Origin: an uncultured delta proteobacterium
GTDB lineage: Bacteria; Myxococcota; Myxococcia; Myxococcales; Myxococcaceae
Length of the DNA stretch: 64,000 nucleotides
Direction: 5' to 3'
Assembly: GCA_963776345.1 (NCBI GenBank)
Contig: CAVZMH010000001.1
Span: forward strand, 96,001 to 160,000
Shown here piece after piece: positions 58,799-64,000 of the stretch. The number at the start of each line of letters is the position of its first letter. The first letter of the stretch is position 1. The notes beneath the pieces were generated by a model. It was not told where the DNA came from. It worked only from the letters and a program-made list of their open reading frames with translations, and ran no database searches. A program made the translations under genes and the position numbers.

Positions 58799-59314
58799 TC
58801 AGGTCCCGCCGTCGCCGCGGGCGCAGAAGAAGGCCGAGCGGCTGTTGTTGAAGTACTCCTGGCACTTCACCGGGTCCTTGCAGATCTCGGCGATGGTGTC
58901 GTTGTCCAGCACCAGCGGCCGGCAGCTCATCACCAGCGACGGATCGTTCTGGAGATCCTGGAACTGCGGGGTGCAGCCGCCGGTGCTGCCCTGTGCGCAG
59001 GCGTGGCTGCAGTAGCCGGTGGCCGGATCGGCCAGCACCGCGGGATTGGCGGTGGCCTGCGCCAGCACCGCGCTGACCCCGTTCTGGTCCAGCACGCAGA
59101 CCAGGTCCTCGCACTCCACCGAGCCGAAGCTGAGGAAGTCCTTCCCCGCGCTGAGCTCGGCGACGATGACGTTGGTCGGGCCACCGTCCGGCAAGGCCTT
59201 GAGGAGATGACAGTTGGGCTTGCCGAGGTCGGTGTCGGCCTTGCACGCCATCATCGAGACGGCGACTGCGGTTGCGACGGCCAGGGGCAAGCGCGCGCGG
59301 AGGGATGCAACCAT
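58799..59314 (-). CDS. cglC: Cys-rich gliding-motility lipoprotein CglC/GltK-like
   Basis: Lipoprotein signal (MMAC), DFLSFGSVECEDLVCV, GYCSHAC, FFCARG; divergent from gltBAC as in the myxobacterial G2 cluster. Confidence 0.75.
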   Translation of the reverse strand: MVASLRARLPLAVATAVAVSMMACKADTDLGKPNCHLLKALPDGGPTNVIVAELSAGKDFLSFGSVECEDLVCVLDQNGVSAVLAQATANPAVLADPATGYCSHACAQGSTGGCTPQFQDLQNDPSLVMSCRPLVLDNDTIAEICKDPVKCQEYFNNSRSAFFCARGDGGT

Positions 59315-59516
59315 TCGCCCCGGCACGGTAGCACAACGGTTCCGGAGGTCAGCTTCACCCGTCACGCGGTGTGCGGCGCCGTGTCTACGAACGTCCCACC
59401 TTTCGCCCGGGCGACACGCACTTCCGCGAGAGCGGAACGATGGTAGAGTCCGCGGCTGCGTTGCCAACGACGGATGCGACACGCCGCACCGTAGTCCCGG
59501 ACGGAGATTCTTCACC

Positions 59517-60398
59517 TTGACGCGACCTCTGGCAGCGGTCACGTGCCTGCTTCTCATGCTGTCGGCGCAGCAGGTGCGCGCGCAGGCCTCGTCACCACCC
59601 CCGCCGGCGACGGCGACCCCCCCGGCTGCGCCGGAGAAGCCGCCCGAGCCGACCACCGAGGGGCTGGGCCTCGACCTCACCGAGGAGGCCAAGAAGCCGG
59701 CGCCGTCGACCGTGGCGCTGCCCAGCGACAAGGTGAAGACCGACGCGCCAGTGCTCGACGAGCAGTCCCTGGTCGAGGACGACCGGGTGAAGAGCATCCA
59801 GCGGAAGGTCTTCCTCAAGACCCACCGCTTCGAGCTCCTCCCCACCATCTTCGTGTCGGTCAACGACCCGTACTACTCGAAGTGGGGCGGGAGCCTGCGC
59901 GGCTCGTTCTTCCTCTCCGACACCCTGGCGGTGGCGGTGCACGCGTCGATCTACGACCTCCTGCCCACCGACGACGTGCGGACGGCGAAGGCGAACTTCC
60001 AGAGCCGGATCTTCTACTCGGTGCCCAAGTGGTCGCTGCTCGGCGCGGTGGAGTGGAGCCCGATCTACGGCAAGGCCACCATCTTCAACAGCATCATCCA
60101 CTTCGACGGGTTCATCCTCGCGGGAATGGGGGCGCTCTGGAGCGACACCTCCTCCACGCCACTGGACAGCAAGAACCCCTCGGGGTCCGCGCGCGGGCCG
60201 AACATCGCCGCCGAGTTCGGGATCGGATTCCGCTTCATGACCACCGACTGGCTGAGCGTGAACCTCGCGCTGATCGACACCAGCTACGTGGACCAGCCGG
60301 CGGGTACCAACAAGGGGGCCATCCAGAACATCCTGGCCCTGAATGCCGGCGTGTCGCTGTTCTTCCCGTTCCGTAGCACCGGGAGGGAGTCCGAGTGA
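59517..60398 (+). CDS. Outer-membrane beta-barrel, gliding GltB-like (unrelated to glutamate synthase gltB)
   Basis: Signal peptide, DRVKSIQRKVFLKTHRFE, SVNDPYY, WSPIYGK, C-terminal GVSLFFP; TTG start inferred. Confidence 0.75.
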   Translation: MTRPLAAVTCLLLMLSAQQVRAQASSPPPPATATPPAAPEKPPEPTTEGLGLDLTEEAKKPAPSTVALPSDKVKTDAPVLDEQSLVEDDRVKSIQRKVFLKTHRFELLPTIFVSVNDPYYSKWGGSLRGSFFLSDTLAVAVHASIYDLLPTDDVRTAKANFQSRIFYSVPKWSLLGAVEWSPIYGKATIFNSIIHFDGFILAGMGALWSDTSSTPLDSKNPSGSARGPNIAAEFGIGFRFMTTDWLSVNLALIDTSYVDQPAGTNKGAIQNILALNAGVSLFFPFRSTGRESE

Positions 60399-61162
60399 GC
60401 GCCCGACGCCTCGTGCTCCTCCTGCTCGCGCTCGCGCCGGTCGCCCGGGCGCAGGACCTCGCCCCCTCCAGCGAGGCCGGGGATACCGCCGCGATGGACC
60501 GGGACATCGGTCCGCTCAAGGACCGCGTACCGCCGGTGACCGGGTACACCTTCCTCATGGCGCGGCGGTTCGAGATCGCGCCCACGGTGAGCATCAGCTT
60601 CCGCGACGCCTTCTGGAGCAAGTACGTGCTCGGGGCGACCGCGACCTACCACTTCAACGAGACGCTGGCCCTCGCGCTCCGCGGCGGGTACGCCATCACC
60701 TCGATCAGCGGCTCGGCGCAGATCTGCCCGCCGGGCGAGGCCTGCCGCAAGCCCACCGTGGAGGAGCTGGACGGCAAGGGGCCGGGGCAGATCAAGATGG
60801 TCACCGCGCTCGACGTGGAGTGGGCACCGCTCTACGGGAAGATCTCGCTGCTCGCCGAGGGCTTCGCGCACTTCAACCTCTACCTGATCGGCGGGCCGGT
60901 CGCGGTGATGTACCAGGCGCCGAAGGATCTGAGCGCGCCCGGCAGCGACGCGGCCTGGGCGCTGGGAGGCGAGGCGGGGCTGGGGATGCGGTTCGTCTTC
61001 AACCGCTGGATGGCGCTGCGCTTCGAGCTGCGGGACATGATCTACCGGGAGAAGACCGTGGGGGCCACCGAGACCACCGGGGCCTCGTACCAGATCCGCA
61101 ACCAGCTCTTCTTCGACATCGGGCTGTCGTTCTTCTTCCCCAACAACTTCAACGAGGGCTAG
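60395..61162 (+). CDS. Outer-membrane beta-barrel, gliding GltA-like
   Basis: DRVPPV..RFE, RDAFWSK, WAPLYGKISL, RFELRD, GLSFFFP; paralogous to the preceding gene. Confidence 0.75.
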   Translation: MSARRLVLLLLALAPVARAQDLAPSSEAGDTAAMDRDIGPLKDRVPPVTGYTFLMARRFEIAPTVSISFRDAFWSKYVLGATATYHFNETLALALRGGYAITSISGSAQICPPGEACRKPTVEELDGKGPGQIKMVTALDVEWAPLYGKISLLAEGFAHFNLYLIGGPVAVMYQAPKDLSAPGSDAAWALGGEAGLGMRFVFNRWMALRFELRDMIYREKTVGATETTGASYQIRNQLFFDIGLSFFFPNNFNEG

Positions 61163-61177
61163 GGAGGGGTCGCCGAC

Positions 61178-63076
61178 ATGTTCCGCTCGCTCCGCCCCGT
61201 CGCCCTCGCGCTCTCGGTCCTGCTCGCCGGAGGCGCGCTGGGGCAGACCTTCCAGGGTCTCGACTCCCCGCCGCCGCCGCCGAAGAAGAAGACCAAGCCC
61301 AAGAGCACCTCGAGCACCGCCACGCCGGCGCCGGGGACCAGCACGCCGGCGGCGTCCTCGGGCGCGCAGGACATGGGGCTGGACCTGTCCACGCCCGCGC
61401 CGGCGGCCAAGCCGGCTCTCCCGATGCCGCCCCCGCCCCCGTCGAAGAAGGGGACGGCGCCGACCACCACCTTCGAGGCGCTGGACGTCACCGGGCGGAC
61501 CGCGGACCGGCAGCGGCTGGAGGCGGCCAACGCGTCGTTCAACCGCGGCGAGTACGACAAGGCGGCGCTGGCGGCCTGGGAGCTGATGAACGACCCGAAG
61601 ATGGCGCCGCTCCAGCTGGAGTCGCAATATCTCCTCGGGAAGACGCTGTACCGCATGGCCCAGTACCACGCGGCGCTCGGCGAGTTCAGCCAGATCCTGG
61701 CCAAGGGCAAGGACACCCGGTTCTTCAGCAAGTCGCTGGAGTGGCTCTTCTTCATCAGCCACAAGACGGTGAACGAGTCGGTCATCCTCGACGAGGTCGC
61801 GCGCTACGCCAACGCCGACTGGCCCGAGCGGTACCAGGACGAGTTCCACTACCTGCTGGCCCGTTACTACTTCGTGCGTGGCCGGGCGCTGGACACGGTG
61901 GAGCAGAAGGGCGAGGCCGGGAAGAGCTTCGAGGACGCGCGCAAGCTCAGCGCGCAGATCCCGAAGAGCGACCGCTTCTACGGCCAGGCCAAGTACCTCG
62001 AGGGTCTCACCTGGTTCCGCGACGGGAACATGCCGCACGCGCTGGAGGCGATGAAGGAAGTGGTCCGGGTCACCCGGCCCGCCCCCGAACGGAGCCCGGC
62101 GGAGGCGAAGGTGGCGGACACGACCCGCGACCTGGCGTTCATGCAGCTGGCGCGCATCCACTACGGGGCGCGGCAGAACCGCTACGCGCTCTACTATTAC
62201 GCGAAGATCGAGCGCGGGAAGCCGCAGTGGCTGGAGGCGCTGTTCGAGTCCGCCTGGGCCAACTACCGCATCGGGCAGTACGAGCAGGCGCTGGGGAATC
62301 TCATCACCCTCTCCAGCCCCTTCTTCCGCGACGAGTACTTCCCCGAGGCGCTGATCCTCAAGGCGGTCATCTATTACGAGAACTGCCGCTACGCCGAGTC
62401 GACGGCGATCGTCCAGGAGTTCGAGCGGCGGTACAAGCCGGTCTACGACGCGCTGGAGAACCTGACCCGGAAGAACATGGAGGCGGCCGACTACTACGCG
62501 GTCCTGGCCGACATCCAGAAGAAGAACCGGGCGGCGAAGAAGGCGGGCCAGAGCCCGGACCTGATCCTCGAGCGGGTGCTGAAGCTGGCCCTGAGCGACA
62601 AGGACCTCAAGAACACCAACGAGTCGATCATCGAGCTGGAGAACGAGCTGGACTCGGAGAAGAGCCACCCCAGCCTGAACAACACCGACCTGGCGCGGCA
62701 CCTCCAGGACTTGCTCAAGAAGCAGCGGTCGGCGCTGATCCAGAAGGCCGGGCTGATGGCCCGGGCGAAGCTGGAGCAGGAGCAGACCGAGCTCCGGACG
62801 CTGCTGGGCAACGGGGAGCGGATCAAGTTCGAGACCACCACCAAGGAGAAGGAGTTCCTGGAGGAGCAGCTCCAGGCGGGTGGCCGCCGGGCGATCATCA
62901 AGAAGTACCGGTACTCGGTGGCGGTGAACGACGATCAGCTCTACTGGCCCTTCCAGGGCGAGTTCTGGCGCGACGAGCTGGGCACGTACCAGTACACGCT
63001 CACCAAGGGCTGCATCGAGCGGAAGACCGCGAACCAGAACGTGTCGGAAGCGGGCGCGCCGGCGACGCCCAAGTAG
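61178..63076 (+). CDS. gltC: TPR gliding-motility protein GltC-like
   Basis: Signal peptide, P-rich linker, TPR repeats, C-terminal YWPFQGEFWRDELGTY..C; follows the two barrels. Confidence 0.75.
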   Translation: MFRSLRPVALALSVLLAGGALGQTFQGLDSPPPPPKKKTKPKSTSSTATPAPGTSTPAASSGAQDMGLDLSTPAPAAKPALPMPPPPPSKKGTAPTTTFEALDVTGRTADRQRLEAANASFNRGEYDKAALAAWELMNDPKMAPLQLESQYLLGKTLYRMAQYHAALGEFSQILAKGKDTRFFSKSLEWLFFISHKTVNESVILDEVARYANADWPERYQDEFHYLLARYYFVRGRALDTVEQKGEAGKSFEDARKLSAQIPKSDRFYGQAKYLEGLTWFRDGNMPHALEAMKEVVRVTRPAPERSPAEAKVADTTRDLAFMQLARIHYGARQNRYALYYYAKIERGKPQWLEALFESAWANYRIGQYEQALGNLITLSSPFFRDEYFPEALILKAVIYYENCRYAESTAIVQEFERRYKPVYDALENLTRKNMEAADYYAVLADIQKKNRAAKKAGQSPDLILERVLKLALSDKDLKNTNESIIELENELDSEKSHPSLNNTDLARHLQDLLKKQRSALIQKAGLMARAKLEQEQTELRTLLGNGERIKFETTTKEKEFLEEQLQAGGRRAIIKKYRYSVAVNDDQLYWPFQGEFWRDELGTYQYTLTKGCIERKTANQNVSEAGAPATPK

Positions 63077-63089
63077 TCCGCTGCCTTCC

Positions 63090-63313
63090 GTGAGCATCGC
63101 ATCCGCCCAGTGGGCTGCATTCGCTCGCTAGGTCGCCCGCAATCGCCGGCTCTGGCCTACCGAAGTTTCGAACCGCAGGAGAGGCTGGAGCGCGACAGGT
63201 TGCTCGTGGGAGTCAACTGGAGCGGTCGCCGGGCGAATGGCTACGAGGTGTCTCCAGCCGATGTCCGCGCTCGGATCGAATTCGAGCTGGGTCGGATGGA
63301 GGACGCGGCGTAG
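63090..63313 (+). pseudogene. DUF2750-like gene remnant
   Basis: GTG-SIASAQWAAFAR*(TAG 63129)VARNRRLW, then in another frame AYRSFEP..LERDRLLVGVNWSGRRANGYEVSP; much shorter than a full protein. Confidence 0.55.
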
Positions 63314-63601
63314 GTCACGCCGGTCCCTGGCCGAGAGCCGGCGGCCCGCGCGTCGATTGGACAGGAAACGTGCCTGACTACTTCCGGGAAATAGACAGGT
63401 GACTTTCCTGACCAGTCGGCTGCTTCGCGGGACCCGCCCGCTGCGGTCGCGGAGCCCGGCTGCGGCGCGAGTCCGGTGGGTCCTCAGGGGCACACGCGGC
63501 GAGCGGGCGAGCGCCCGAGCCGCTCCCGCGTCTCTCGTCCTCCGGGGTGCGGATCGGGCTCGGTCCGCAGGCCGGGACTCCACTAGGATGCGCGGGCCTC
63601 C

Positions 63602-64000
63602 ATGCCGCCCCGCGCCACCACCATCGCCTTCGACGTCATGGGCGGCGACCACGGGCCGGCCGAGGTGGTGCGGGGAGCGGCCGCGCTCTCGCTCGAGGCG
63701 CCGCACGTGCACGCGCTCCTGGTCGGCGACGGCCAGCAGATCGACCGGGTGCTCGCCGAGACCCGTCACAGCGGTGAGCGGATCAGCGTCCACCACGCCC
63801 CGGACTTCGTGGGGATGCACGAGAAGCCCTCCGAGGCCCTGGGCCGCACGCCCAAGGCCTCGATCCTCGTCGCCACCCAGCTCGTCGCCGACGGCGAGGC
63901 CGACGCCCTGGTGACCGCCGGGAACACCGGGGCCGGGGTGCTCGCCTGCTCCCGCACCTTCCGCCTGATCCCCGGCGTGCGGCGCGCGGCCCTGGCGGCC
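63602..64000 (+). CDS. plsX: Phosphate acyltransferase PlsX (partial)
   Basis: MPPRATTIAFDVMGGDHGP..LVGD..VGMHEKPSEAL..ADALVTAGNTGA..IPGVRRAALA. Confidence 0.88.
   Translation, partial: MPPRATTIAFDVMGGDHGPAEVVRGAAALSLEAPHVHALLVGDGQQIDRVLAETRHSGERISVHHAPDFVGMHEKPSEALGRTPKASILVATQLVADGEADALVTAGNTGAGVLACSRTFRLIPGVRRAALAA

Noticed and set aside
59517..61162. Using symbols gltB/gltA for the gliding barrels
   Set aside because: Assignment rests on recalled gene order and the names clash with glutamate synthase/citrate synthase, so symbols were left blank.
63314..63601. Relatively AT-rich spacer as possible ncRNA
   Set aside because: No tRNA or other recognisable RNA fold; consistent with the plsX promoter region.

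Overview
High-GC (myxobacterial-type, Myxococcales-like) chromosomal segment, almost fully coding. In order: partial stand-alone fusA (EF-G), phenylalanine 4-hydroxylase, a frameshifted secreted PDAG-repeat protein, a lipid A acyltransferase, glutamate synthase gltBD, DUF2267, a five-gene ABC/LolA-like/outer-membrane-protein operon, an isolated FliH/SctL-FliI/SctN-FliJ/SctO triad, a Rho with a long low-complexity N-terminus, an SppA with an N-terminal beta-rich domain, a type IIA topoisomerase pair (A then B, topo IV-like), several small enzymes, a type II secretion operon gspCDEFGHIJKLMN bracketed by two sigma54 activators and preceded by a near-consensus sigma54 promoter, a ParB-like protein, a membrane metallopeptidase/TPR cluster, a PilZ protein, the gliding-motility cluster cglC(gltK)-gltB-gltA-gltC, a DUF2750-like pseudogene and a partial plsX. 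Most notable: (1) a 180-bp MITE-like element with 25-bp terminal inverted repeats and a TAA target duplication inserted exactly in the gltB/gltD TAATG overlap and open as 60 codons in both orientations; (2) an orphan T3SS/flagellar ATPase triad with no export gate nearby. No rRNA, tRNA or CRISPR array was seen. All product calls come from motif recognition by eye, not database searches.
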